Assembly (NCBI GenBank): GCA_964636735.1
Contig: CAZWUV010000001.1
Coordinates: 1-29,676 of the forward strand
From: an uncultured Candidatus Saccharibacteria bacterium
GTDB taxonomy: Bacteria; Patescibacteriota; UBA1384; JACPKC01
Reading direction: 5' to 3'
DNA: 29,676 bases
Position numbers and translations under genes: made by a program. Shown piece by piece: positions 14,872 through 23,224 of the stretch. Under the pieces are notes generated by a model that was not told the origin of the DNA, made no database searches, and saw only the letters and a list, made by a program, of their open reading frames with translations. Within the stretch, counting starts at the first letter, position 1. Each line of letters begins with the position of its first letter.

Positions 14872-15558
14872 GTGAAAAGTTTTTTGGATTTTTTGCAACT
14901 TAAAGGTGGCAAAAGTGATGCTGGAGCAGAATGGACATTGAGTGAAAAAACAAAAGATCAGCTTTTAAAAGAAGAGCGCGAAAAGAAACGCCGTGCATAT
15001 TTGGCACTTAGTTCTGAGGATAAGTGGCAATATTATTGTATTCAGCTTAGCAAATTGCCTAGCGACGAGTATAGTCGGCTTGCGATTTTGCATAGCTTTT
15101 TTGTAGCTATTGGGACGATTGTCTTGACTGGCATGGTCGGAAGTGTGATATTTTTTGCAAGTGGAGCTTTTTCTGTTGTAGAATTGGCACTCTTTATTGT
15201 TTCTTGCAGTTTGATCGTTTTTTGCTTGGCGCTGAGTAGTTACCTAGATAAAAATATTTTTTATTTAGGAGTACGGAGGCTTGAAGATTACTTGTTTATC
15301 GCAGGCATTGCTTCTTATCTTACCCTAGGTTCAGTATTTGTAGTAAGTGCGTCGTTAGCCAACTTGCGTTATTCTTTGGTATTTATGGTTGAGGCAGGTT
15401 TGTGGGGTGTAGTAATTTTTCTTTTGTGGCTATCAATCGGATTTATTCTTGCGTTGCCTTTTCCGAGGACAGAAATTGCGCGGTATTGGCAAAGTTTTTT
15501 TAAGGGGATGGATTTTGCTTTTCTTCCATACATTGATGCGGAAGATTACAAAAAATAA
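14872..15558 (+). CDS. Hypothetical multi-pass membrane protein
   Basis: AAGGAG SD, GTG start, a charged N-terminus followed by about four hydrophobic helices, and a terminator after it. Confidence 0.75.
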   Translation: MKSFLDFLQLKGGKSDAGAEWTLSEKTKDQLLKEEREKKRRAYLALSSEDKWQYYCIQLSKLPSDEYSRLAILHSFFVAIGTIVLTGMVGSVIFFASGAFSVVELALFIVSCSLIVFCLALSSYLDKNIFYLGVRRLEDYLFIAGIASYLTLGSVFVVSASLANLRYSLVFMVEAGLWGVVIFLLWLSIGFILALPFPRTEIARYWQSFFKGMDFAFLPYIDAEDYKK

Positions 15559-15572
15559 ATTATTAAGTCAAG

Positions 15573-15596
15573 GTAGCTCTTAGGAGCTACTTTTTT
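15573..15596 (+). terminator. Intrinsic terminator
   Basis: GTAGCTC-TTAG-GAGCTAC-TTTTTT; overlaps the miaA stop codon. Confidence 0.75.
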
Positions 15597-16612
15597 GTTG
15601 CGCGTAAAAATTCTTGAGCCTTAACAAAAGCTTGTTCTGGCGAGTTAACATATGTAATGTTTTCGCGTTTGCGCCACCAAGTAAGTTGGCGTCTGGCAAA
15701 AGCGTGGATGGCAAATTTTAATTTTTCTTTCATTTCTTGCAGAGATAGCTCGTCTTCTAAATGCTGAGTTATAAATTTATACTCTAATCCAAGATTTTTT
15801 AATTTTGCGCCAAAGCCTTGTTTTAGTAAGTCGCTAACTTCATCTATCATGCCCATCTGAAAGCGTTTTTCTAGGGTGTCGTCTATTCTGTTGTATAAGA
15901 TATCGCGCGGATGGTCAATAAAAATAGTTTTACTTTGCCAATTTGGTGGAGATGATTTTTGTGCTTCGATAAAAGATTTGCCAGTTTGTAGAGTGTAAGC
16001 AAGGGCACGTTCAATTCGGGCGGGGTTTTGTTTGTCGATTTTTTGATAAGTTTTTGGGTCGAGTTTTTTTAGTTGGGCGAGTTTTTCTTTAAGAGACATC
16101 TCTGTCATTCCTGATGAGGAGGGCGTCAGTTGTTCCTTGGTTGGGGATTTTAGGTAATGACTAGATCCCCGATCTGGAGTGCTTCGCTTCCAGTCAGGGA
16201 TGATGGAGGCAGTAGGGAATTGGTAGCCCTTTAAAAGTGCTTCTATATATAGACCTGTTCCACCAACTATAATCGGGGTGATGTTTTTGCTGTGGTAAAA
16301 GTCAATAACTTTTTTGGCATCATCTATCCAGTTTTTAACAGTGTAATTGAAAGTTAAATCAGCAACATTTATTAAGTAATGTTTTAGTCCGTCAATTTCT
16401 ACGACTAATCCAGCTGCGTCTTGATATTCAAAAACTTCATGCGCATCGATTGTTGGTTTGGCAGCGCCAATATTTAAGCCTTTGTAAATTGCGCGCGAGT
16501 CAGCAGAAATAATCGGGTTGCCAAATTTTTTAGCCAACTCAAAGCCAGTGGAAGTTTTGCCACTGGCAGTAGGACCTGCGATAACTAGGATTGTATTGTG
16601 CATAAGTTGCAT
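15587..16612 (-). CDS. miaA: tRNA dimethylallyltransferase carrying an in-frame palindromic insertion
   Basis: IAGPTASGKT, ISADSRAIYKGLNIG, HYLIN, IIVGGTGLYI, NPARIERAL, LGLEY, AIHAFARRQLTW. Confidence 0.96.
   Translation of the reverse strand: MQLMHNTILVIAGPTASGKTSTGFELAKKFGNPIISADSRAIYKGLNIGAAKPTIDAHEVFEYQDAAGLVVEIDGLKHYLINVADLTFNYTVKNWIDDAKKVIDFYHSKNITPIIVGGTGLYIEALLKGYQFPTASIIPDWKRSTPDRGSSHYLKSPTKEQLTPSSSGMTEMSLKEKLAQLKKLDPKTYQKIDKQNPARIERALAYTLQTGKSFIEAQKSSPPNWQSKTIFIDHPRDILYNRIDDTLEKRFQMGMIDEVSDLLKQGFGAKLKNLGLEYKFITQHLEDELSLQEMKEKLKFAIHAFARRQLTWWRKRENITYVNSPEQAFVKAQEFLRATKK
16100..16208. repeat. REP/RPE-like palindromic element inserted in frame in miaA
   Basis: Ends 16100-16114 (CTCTGTCATTCCTGA) and 16194-16208 (TCAGGGATGATGGAG) pair over 15 bp with 3 G.T pairs. 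Internal hairpins GGGGAT..ATCCCC (16143-16170) and CTGGA..TCCAG (16174-16193). It translates as SIIPD...SGMTE. Confidence 0.8.
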
Positions 16613-16622
16613 TTTAGCAAAT

Positions 16623-16644
16623 AAAAAGCCCCTTTTTAAGGGGC
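16623..16644 (-). terminator. Intrinsic terminator
   Basis: GCCCCTT-TTT-AAGGGGC stem, with a T5 tail on the minus strand. Confidence 0.75.
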
Positions 16645-16651
16645 ATTTAAG

Positions 16652-17002
16652 TTAGTTGGCGTAATGCTCTTTGTAGCTTTCCGCCAACATTTTGTCGTTT
16701 TCTCGCCAATTGCGGCTCCAGAAGTTGATGATAAGGTTACCTGCATCATCGTATCCAGCTCCAGCAATTGGCGGATAGGGATCGTCATAGAAATACGGAA
16801 AGTCAATTCCGTCGTCTCCCTCATCGGCGATGGGCATTCTACGGAGAGTGCTGGCGGTTTTGTCACCAAGCCAGCAGTCTGACTCATTCGTCCTCCATGC
16901 CCGACGAAGGCGATGACCGTTTTTACCGCCGATTAGCTTGCGATCGCCACGACGATAACGGAGCGTACTGCAACGCTCCCCTCGTTTTTGATTTGCTTGC
17001 AC
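16652..17002 (-). CDS. Hypothetical protein, Arg-rich N-half and Asp-rich C-half (116 aa)
   Basis: GTG at 17002 preceded by AGGAGG (17014-17009) at 6 nt, with its own promoter and terminator. The ORF-track start at 17047 overlaps the -10 box. Confidence 0.6.
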   Translation of the reverse strand: MQANQKRGERCSTLRYRRGDRKLIGGKNGHRLRRAWRTNESDCWLGDKTASTLRRMPIADEGDDGIDFPYFYDDPYPPIAGAGYDDAGNLIINFWSRNWRENDKMLAESYKEHYAN

Positions 17003-17042
17003 TTTCTTCCTCCTATTTTTTAGTTTCGAAAAACTGTTATCC

Positions 17043-17070
17043 AGCATAACAGAAGAATGCGGTTTGTCAA
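17043..17070 (-). promoter_or_regulatory. Sigma70-type promoter
   Basis: TTGACA (17070-17065), a 16-nt spacer and TATGCT (17048-17043). Confidence 0.55.
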
Positions 17071-17073
17071 GGG

Positions 17074-18054
17074 TTATCGCACGAATTTTACGGTATTATC
17101 AATCTGCAATAGTGCCCAAATTACTTTGGCAACTTTCTTAGAGTCGTGGCGCAATAGGTCTCCCCTAGATGCTAAGGGGGCACAAATAAATCTAGCAGGA
17201 TGTTTTTTGATTTTGTCTATGTCAAAGCTTACGGGTTGAGCGTTTTGTTTTGCATAGGCTTTAACTGCTTCGGGCGAGATTTTTTGATTAGAGAAAACAA
17301 CAAAATCCAATACTCCAGTGTCACCTAAATACTTTTCAACTTCAAAGACAAAATCTTCAACTGCGAACTCATGAGTTTCGCCGTATTTTGTCATTAAGTT
17401 GCAGATATAAACTTTTTTGGCACGAGATTTTTGGATTGCGCCCGAGATCCCGTCCACAATTAAATTAGAAATTACACTACCAAATAAGTCCCCTGGCCCC
17501 AAAATAATTAAATCAGCTTGCTTGATTGCTTTTAGCGCTTTGGGATTGGCATTGGCTTTTTTATTAAGGCGTAATTTTTTTATGCGCAAGTTGGCATTGT
17601 GCTTGGGAATATCGATATTTGTTTCTCCTTTTATGATTGTTCCGTTTTCGAGCTCTGCCTCTAAGCGCCTGTCTTCTAGGGTGACTGGCAATACTTTTCC
17701 TCGTACGTTAAGCATTTTTGCAGCCTCTAGGATGGCCTCTTCGTCTGATTTAGTGATTTCGCGTAGTGCGGTAATAAATAGGTTTCCAAAAGAATGGCCT
17801 TTGACAACGCCTTTTCTAAAACGGTATTGGAATAACTCTTTCATCCTTTCTGGAGATTCGGACAAGGCAACAATGCAACGCCTGATATCTCCGGGTGGCA
17901 AAACGCCAAATTCATCACGAAGCTCGCCCGTGGAACCACCATCGTCAGTCATATTGACAATCGCTGTAATGTCTAAATCATAATCTTTGAGTCCACGAAG
18001 TAATGTATAGAGTCCCGTGCCACCACCCAAGGCAACGATTTTTGGTTTTTTCAT
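17074..18054 (-). CDS. yvcK: YvcK/GlmR (UPF0052, CofD-like) family protein
   Basis: IVALGGGTG, DDGGSTGELR....LPPGDIR, GHSFGNL, ADLIILGPG, YICNLMTKYGET, LRHD. Confidence 0.93.
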   Translation of the reverse strand: MKKPKIVALGGGTGLYTLLRGLKDYDLDITAIVNMTDDGGSTGELRDEFGVLPPGDIRRCIVALSESPERMKELFQYRFRKGVVKGHSFGNLFITALREITKSDEEAILEAAKMLNVRGKVLPVTLEDRRLEAELENGTIIKGETNIDIPKHNANLRIKKLRLNKKANANPKALKAIKQADLIILGPGDLFGSVISNLIVDGISGAIQKSRAKKVYICNLMTKYGETHEFAVEDFVFEVEKYLGDTGVLDFVVFSNQKISPEAVKAYAKQNAQPVSFDIDKIKKHPARFICAPLASRGDLLRHDSKKVAKVIWALLQIDNTVKFVR

Positions 18055-18062
18055 ATAGATTT

Positions 18063-18944
18063 TTAGAAGTTGGTAAATACGTTTTTGGTAATTTTTTTGC
18101 TAGCTAGGATTTTTTCTAAGTCAGAAAAGATCGGCAGGCTGAGTTTATATTTTTCAATGCGCTTTAGCATAAAGGGCGCAGAGCGCATGCCCTCGCTTAT
18201 TTTTTTGATTGACTTGTTTGTCGCTAAAGAAATACCAGCTGTGTGATTGAGTGAGTGCGGGCTTAGTCCTGTTGCTAGTAAGTCGCCCAGGCCAGCATTG
18301 CCATAAGCTGTTTCGTGTTTGCCGCCAAGGTTTTTTATAATTGTTGCCATCTCATTTGTGGCGCGCGCAACTAATGCACCTTTTTGGTTGTCTCCCCATT
18401 TTAGTCCTTCGGCAATTCCAAGTGCAATTGCGTAGATGTTTTTTAGTACTCCTGCCAAAGCCACACCCTGAGTGTCGTCAGAGTATTCTAGGTATAAATT
18501 GGTCTTACTAAAAAGATTAGCTAATTTTTTAAAAAGTTCTTTATTTGATGAGCCTACAACTCCAAACCCCGATTGGCCACTTGTTAGTTCTTCTGCAAGC
18601 ATTGCGCCACCTAAGATTGCGCAGCGATTTTTAGGCAAAAACTCCAACAACACCTCATTCATTGTTTTACTTGACGTTTCTTCTAGGCCTTTGGCCACGG
18701 ATACAATGGCCGTATGTTTGCCAAGGTATGATTTGGCATCATTTAATACACTTCTAATTGCATCAGATGTAGTGCATAAAAATATAAAGTCTGCCTGCGA
18801 AACTGCTTCATTAAAGTCAATTTGATCTTTAACTTTTTTAGGATTTTTATCCCAAAAAGCTACTTGTGTATTTTTGTAAATAAGCTTGCCAATCACCTGT
18901 CCAATTTCACCTGCACCTATAATTGTTGTTTTGGTTTTTGTCAT
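18063..18944 (-). CDS. gpsA: NAD(P)H-dependent glycerol-3-phosphate dehydrogenase family protein (divergent)
   Basis: IIGAG Rossmann motif, VAKGLE, GVLKNIYAIALG, GLGDLLAT. SRN is changed to SLN. Confidence 0.8.
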   Translation of the reverse strand: MTKTKTTIIGAGEIGQVIGKLIYKNTQVAFWDKNPKKVKDQIDFNEAVSQADFIFLCTTSDAIRSVLNDAKSYLGKHTAIVSVAKGLEETSSKTMNEVLLEFLPKNRCAILGGAMLAEELTSGQSGFGVVGSSNKELFKKLANLFSKTNLYLEYSDDTQGVALAGVLKNIYAIALGIAEGLKWGDNQKGALVARATNEMATIIKNLGGKHETAYGNAGLGDLLATGLSPHSLNHTAGISLATNKSIKKISEGMRSAPFMLKRIEKYKLSLPIFSDLEKILASKKITKNVFTNF

Positions 18945-19094
18945 ATTTTAATCTTATACTCTTTTTGCGCCTTGGCAAATTATTTGCGGATTACTGAAAG
19001 TGGTTAACGTGACCTCCAAAAAAAAATTTATTTGGTGCCAAGGTTATAAATTAAACCCCAGATAAAGCTGGGATTTAAAATTGCATTTAGAGCT

Positions 19095-20561
19095 TTAATG
19101 AAAGGCGTGTCGAATTGTGGCTCGACGATTTACGCCGCTAGCTGAAAAGCTTATTCCTTCGCCAGCGCCAATGTCGTTAAATCCACGCCACCAACTTTCA
19201 AAGAAAAATCGTCCCGCTAGCTTTTCGCCGTTTCCGCTGAACAATCCTATACTGGGACTACCAGATTGAATTGCGACAGTGATTTCCTCTGCTTCATTTG
19301 CCTCTTTGATATTGCCAACAGAAACTCTTAAGCCGGCTTTAAAATTACTACTATAAGCAAAAAACTTTTTTTGCAATTTACCATTGCCATTAAAAATTCT
19401 AACTTCACCTGTGCCCCCTACACTATCACCCGTGACTATCTCATCAATACCGTCGCCATCAACATCCCCCGCAGCAACATCAATACCACCCCTAAAGCTT
19501 TTATCATAAGCATAAAAACTCTTAATCATTGTGCCATCTGCCTTAAAAGCACGCGCCACTGGAGCAAGCCCTGCCATTGTTCCAGTAATAATTTCGTCAA
19601 TTCCATCACCATCGATATCTCCTGCGCTCACACGAATACCATATTTGTAGCCTTCAAAATAAGCATAAAAACTATGTAGCAAATTGCCAGAGCGGTCAAA
19701 TATTTTAACTAGAGGAGTCCCACCTTTGCCTTGGGCTACTACAATTTCATCTAATCCATCCCCATCAATATCTGCTGATGCAATGTCAAGTTCGCCATAA
19801 AAATTTGGAAAAGGATTGTCGATTTGGATACTGGCTAAGCTAAAATCTTCATTATAAACTCTAACTTGTGGGCCGTTAAAGCGATGGGCGGATGCGGTGA
19901 TTATTTCTGGCTCTTCGTCATCATCAAAGTTGCCAGTGGCGACAGAAACAAAAACACCCTGCTGAGTTTTTCCAAATGGTAGAATTTCAAAGTCTTGCTG
20001 AGGCGCAAGCACTGGTTTGGAGATTTTTTTAGCCTGATTTAGCGAATAAAAGGCATTAGCTTTTTTGTCTTGTGGAGTTTCCATTTCAAAATGAAGGTGA
20101 GGAGGAGTGCTCTCAGCATTGCCTGAATCGCCAAGCCAGCCAATATGCTGACCTGCAACCACGCGGCTTCCTGGCGCAACATCAAAAGTATAGGCATTCA
20201 TTGCGCCACCACGACCATCGTCGGTTCCAGGCTTATCGTTGTTGATGTGAATGTAATTGTATTTGTAGCCATCATCATCGCGAATAGTGATAGCCCAGCC
20301 ATAACTAGGCTCTTTCGCAGGCGCAAAAGTCACCACGCCATCGACAGCTGCCACTAGGCGCAACATCTTGGCGCCAAAAATATCAATTGCATGATGAATT
20401 CGGCCACCCAATCTGGGTGCATAATAGGTGTTAGAATAATTTGTGTTTCCAATAACTGGAAAAGTAATAGGTCTAATAGTATAGGCTGATGCCGTACTGG
20501 TAAAAACAGGCAAGGCAATTAAGGTTGCCAATAAAATACCAAGAAATTTAATGCTTTTCAT
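19095..20561 (-). CDS. Secreted M23-family peptidase with C-terminal FG-GAP/VCBS-like repeats
   Basis: Signal peptide; HHAIDI (HxxxD), AAVDGVV, GQHIGWLGDSGNA, PPHLHFE (HxH); about five (A/G)DxDGDGxDEI-type repeats. Confidence 0.88.
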   Translation of the reverse strand: MKSIKFLGILLATLIALPVFTSTASAYTIRPITFPVIGNTNYSNTYYAPRLGGRIHHAIDIFGAKMLRLVAAVDGVVTFAPAKEPSYGWAITIRDDDGYKYNYIHINNDKPGTDDGRGGAMNAYTFDVAPGSRVVAGQHIGWLGDSGNAESTPPHLHFEMETPQDKKANAFYSLNQAKKISKPVLAPQQDFEILPFGKTQQGVFVSVATGNFDDDEEPEIITASAHRFNGPQVRVYNEDFSLASIQIDNPFPNFYGELDIASADIDGDGLDEIVVAQGKGGTPLVKIFDRSGNLLHSFYAYFEGYKYGIRVSAGDIDGDGIDEIITGTMAGLAPVARAFKADGTMIKSFYAYDKSFRGGIDVAAGDVDGDGIDEIVTGDSVGGTGEVRIFNGNGKLQKKFFAYSSNFKAGLRVSVGNIKEANEAEEITVAIQSGSPSIGLFSGNGEKLAGRFFFESWWRGFNDIGAGEGISFSASGVNRRATIRHAFH

Positions 20562-20643
20562 AATCCCCCTAATTAAAACTGAAATTTACCTTTAAAGTAT
20601 ACCCTTAAAAGGATAAAAAATGCAAAAGTCGCTAGAGCGCAAA

Positions 20644-20672
20644 TTGAAGATTTAATTGCGCTGTGTTAGAAT
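20644..20672 (+). promoter_or_regulatory. Sigma70-type promoter with extended -10
   Basis: TTGAAG (20644-20649), a 17-nt spacer containing TG at 20664-20665, then TAGAAT (20667-20672). Confidence 0.55.
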
Positions 20673-20698
20673 GCGTATTATGACAATAAAATATATAT

Positions 20699-21430
20699 AT
20701 GAGTGCTCACAAATGGGAAAAGCCAGTAATTGCCGATCCCTTGGAATTGTTTGGAAAAAGCGCACGCAAAAAGGTAAAGGCGCTACTGGGCGTTGTTGGT
20801 GCAAGTAGTGTTAGGGCTGATATTGCTCATTTGGACGATGATTTTTTAAGCTGGTTTGTGCCAATGTATACTGCAAGAATTTCAGAAAAAGATAATCCTA
20901 AACTTTTTGATGTAAAAAGTACGACAATAGACACTGACACAAAGCAGTATTTTTCATTGTCATTATTTGAGGACGAAAAGCCTATTGGTGGAACTATTTT
21001 TTCGATGTCAAACAATCGACTTTCTTTTGTTTATCGTACTTATAATTTTAAGTGGCACGATGATGATTTGCCTGCTAATCCAACTTTATATGCAGAATAT
21101 TTAGTATGCCGGTATGCATTTGAGGGTGAAAAAGAAGTCATTGTGCACGGCAAAGATAGAAATCCATATGGTATAAATTCTGGAATTGGCTTAGCAATTT
21201 TTAAGTTATCAGTTGGCTGTAAGGCATATAAATCAAAAAGCTTTGAATTATCTGAGCTAAATATCGAGAATTTAAATGTTGATACGCTGATTTTGGAGTA
21301 TCCGGGCGATGATAGTGACTATATTCGCAAGGCGCATTTAGTGGTGTTGCCCGAGAACGAACAAAAATATATTCAAGTCACTAAATACCCCAAGCAACTC
21401 GAGGTCGAAGTGCATTATAGGAAGAAATGA
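20699..21430 (+). CDS. Hypothetical protein, possible GNAT/FemABX-like fold
   Basis: 243-aa ORF. SLFEDEKPIGGTIF, LYAEYL..YA and GIGLAIFKLSVG resemble the GLxxFKxxxG end of Fem/GNAT_6-like domains. Family assignment is weak. Confidence 0.6.
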   Translation: MSAHKWEKPVIADPLELFGKSARKKVKALLGVVGASSVRADIAHLDDDFLSWFVPMYTARISEKDNPKLFDVKSTTIDTDTKQYFSLSLFEDEKPIGGTIFSMSNNRLSFVYRTYNFKWHDDDLPANPTLYAEYLVCRYAFEGEKEVIVHGKDRNPYGINSGIGLAIFKLSVGCKAYKSKSFELSELNIENLNVDTLILEYPGDDSDYIRKAHLVVLPENEQKYIQVTKYPKQLEVEVHYRKK

Positions 21431-21431
21431 A

Positions 21432-21455
21432 AAAGCGACCGTTGTTGGTCGCTTT
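21432..21455. terminator. Bidirectional intrinsic terminator
   Basis: AAAGCGACC-GTTGTT-GGTCGCTTT between convergent genes. Confidence 0.78.
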
Positions 21456-21458
21456 GAC

Positions 21459-21677
21459 TTAAAGACTATAATTATGCTTGATCCGCTCCCAGATTTTTAG
21501 GGTATGGTTTTTGGGTTGGTCGATGTCTTTAGAATTTACAATGCCGATTTTCATAAAAAATAGCAAGGCATCTAAAGTCATTCCAGTTATAAAAATATAT
21601 TTTTCTAGGTCGTGTTTTTTGAATTCTCTATAAAGCCTTACTTGTTCTAGGTAGGCAGTATTTTTGCTATCCGCCAA
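21459..21677 (-). CDS. Hypothetical protein (72 aa)
   Basis: TTG-start ORF filling the gap up to the terminator; no motif recognised. Confidence 0.45.
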   Translation of the reverse strand: MADSKNTAYLEQVRLYREFKKHDLEKYIFITGMTLDALLFFMKIGIVNSKDIDQPKNHTLKIWERIKHNYSL

Positions 21678-21738
21678 GGTGGTACTTGTCTCAATCGATG
21701 TATTGACTTCTAGTTGTCAATTATTACTACAGGAAAAT

Positions 21739-22053
21739 TTAATTATTTTTTGATTTTTTATTGACAATAATTGCTTTAATGGACGGACTGATTGCTTTGT
21801 CTTTGCGATGAATGCATCCATACCAACAGCACGGTCGGCGCTTGCCCGCTAATAGCTCTTCGGTGGCGCGCTCAATATGCTTTTGTCTAGTTTCAGGCAA
21901 TGCTGGCGAGATAATCCAGCAAATCCACTCGTTGCGCGCTAGGGGAGTAAGACTATTCCATTTAATAAGTAAATCTAAGTTAGATCTTAAAATTTGCTTA
22001 AAGTCCGCTGGAATATTGTGGACAACTCCGGATTTGATTTTTATTTTTTTCAT
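21739..22053 (-). CDS. YdeI/OmpD-associated (OmdA-like) family protein
   Basis: VVHNIPADF...WNSLTPLARNEWICWI.....ETRQKHIERA.EEL..GKRRPCCW.GC.HR is typical of the Cys-tailed short YdeI/OmpD-associated proteins. Confidence 0.85.
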   Translation of the reverse strand: MKKIKIKSGVVHNIPADFKQILRSNLDLLIKWNSLTPLARNEWICWIISPALPETRQKHIERATEELLAGKRRPCCWYGCIHRKDKAISPSIKAIIVNKKSKNN

Positions 22054-22134
22054 AATCAGTATTTACTCGGCCAAGGTTTAAATTATAATAGCACATACTT
22101 ATATTGAAGCAAAAATCACCGCAAGACAAAAATA

Positions 22135-22157
22135 AAAGCCACCTCAAGAGTGACTTT
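22135..22157 (-). terminator. Terminator downstream of tRNA-Leu
   Basis: Minus strand AAAGTCAC-TCTTGAG-GTGGCTTT followed by TATTTTT. Confidence 0.6.
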
Positions 22158-22172
22158 ATTTAAAATTAAGAT

Positions 22173-22259
22173 TGGTGCCGGGGACAGGAATCGAACCTGC
22201 ACATCCTTGCGGATACTAGCTCCTAAGGCTAGCGCGTCTGCCTGTTCCGCCACCCCGGC
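22173..22259 (-). tRNA. tRNA-Leu (TAG)
   Basis: 87-nt cloverleaf GCCGGGG..CTAGC-CTTAGGA-GCTAG, long variable arm ATCC-GCAA-GGAT, T-loop TTCGATT, ending ACCA. Confidence 0.97.
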
Positions 22260-22333
22260 AAATAGGCTAGTTAAAATAACTAAATCTAATTATACCAATT
22301 TTTAAGGATTTTTCAATAAGCTGTATCATAAAT

Positions 22334-22357
22334 AAAAAAGACCACTTCATGTGGTCT
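22334..22357 (-). terminator. Intrinsic terminator
   Basis: AGACCAC-TTCAT-GTGGTCT, with a T-run on the minus strand just after the phosphatase gene. Confidence 0.72.
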
Positions 22358-22362
22358 AAAAA

Positions 22363-23076
22363 TTATCGAACAAAACTATATTGCTCTGAAAACTCTCCAT
22401 CTAAATAAGAGATGAAGTCGCAGTTTCGATACCGCCAAATAAGTAAATCGCGCTCAAAGTCTTTTGGTAATTTTTCTTCTAAAATCATCCGAATAATTCT
22501 GGCGGTGCCTCCATGGGTTACAAGTAAAATTTTACTATGTGGCTCTAGTTCTGAGATAATAGCAAGACTAATTAGAAAATAGCTTACTCGCAAATAAACA
22601 TCTGCATAGCTTTCACCTCCACTAGGAGTCCGATCATAGAAAAATCCTTCTCGTAGTTCGGGCTTTGAATGCCAATCCCTGCTTTCGTAAAACTTAAACC
22701 ACGGGAAGTATGCTTTGGCTTGACTTTTGGTCATCCAAGCAACATTGCCAAAATCAATTTCACGGATCCTAGGTTCCATGATAGTACTTTTAGTTACCAT
22801 TTTTTTTCCAGCATCTTGATACTGAGACTTGATGATATCAAGGGTTTGCACCGTTCGCGCTAAGGGCGAGCAAAAAACAAAATCAAATTGCAGATCGTGC
22901 TCTGCCATTTGCTGGCCAGTAATTTGCGCCTGCTCTATGCCAAGCTTGCTAAGGGGTGCGCTTGTCGGGTGAATTTTTTGCAGTTCTTTGCCTTCGGGCG
23001 TGTCAGGAATGTATAGCTGACCTTTTTTGACAGCATTTGTTACAGATTGCGCATGGCGTAAAATCGTGAGGTTCAC
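22363..23076 (-). CDS. Histidine phosphatase (phosphoglycerate mutase-like) family protein
   Basis: ILRHAQS (RHG-like), LSKLGIEQA, CSPLARTVQT, REIDFG, GGESYADV..RV, LLVTHGG. Confidence 0.9.
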   Translation of the reverse strand: MNLTILRHAQSVTNAVKKGQLYIPDTPEGKELQKIHPTSAPLSKLGIEQAQITGQQMAEHDLQFDFVFCSPLARTVQTLDIIKSQYQDAGKKMVTKSTIMEPRIREIDFGNVAWMTKSQAKAYFPWFKFYESRDWHSKPELREGFFYDRTPSGGESYADVYLRVSYFLISLAIISELEPHSKILLVTHGGTARIIRMILEEKLPKDFERDLLIWRYRNCDFISYLDGEFSEQYSFVR

Positions 23077-23159
23077 TTTTTGGCTCTCCTAGTTTTTAAT
23101 TTGCAAAATATGCTAAGCCAGAGCTTACACCAAAAATTGTCATCGTGCAACCCAAGACC

Positions 23160-23188
23160 TTGATTTGTAAGCTAAAAAGTACTATAAT
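23160..23188 (+). promoter_or_regulatory. Sigma70-type promoter
   Basis: TTGATT (23160-23165), a 17-nt spacer and TATAAT (23183-23188); GGAGG SD precedes the ATG at 23225. Confidence 0.55.
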
Positions 23189-23224
23189 TGCCCTACCTTA
23201 AAAATTTGATGGAGGACACGCAAA

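Noticed and set aside
20680-20701. (AT)5 tract between an upstream ATG (20680) and the ORF start, as a phase-variation switch
   Set aside because: The tract is short and unremarkable in an AT-rich genome, and the ORF has its own ATG at the end of the tract.
21703-21720. TTGAC-N8-GTCAA palindrome as an operator
   Set aside because: It is a single occurrence with 5-bp arms, there is no adjacent regulator, and it is not matched to a motif I can name.
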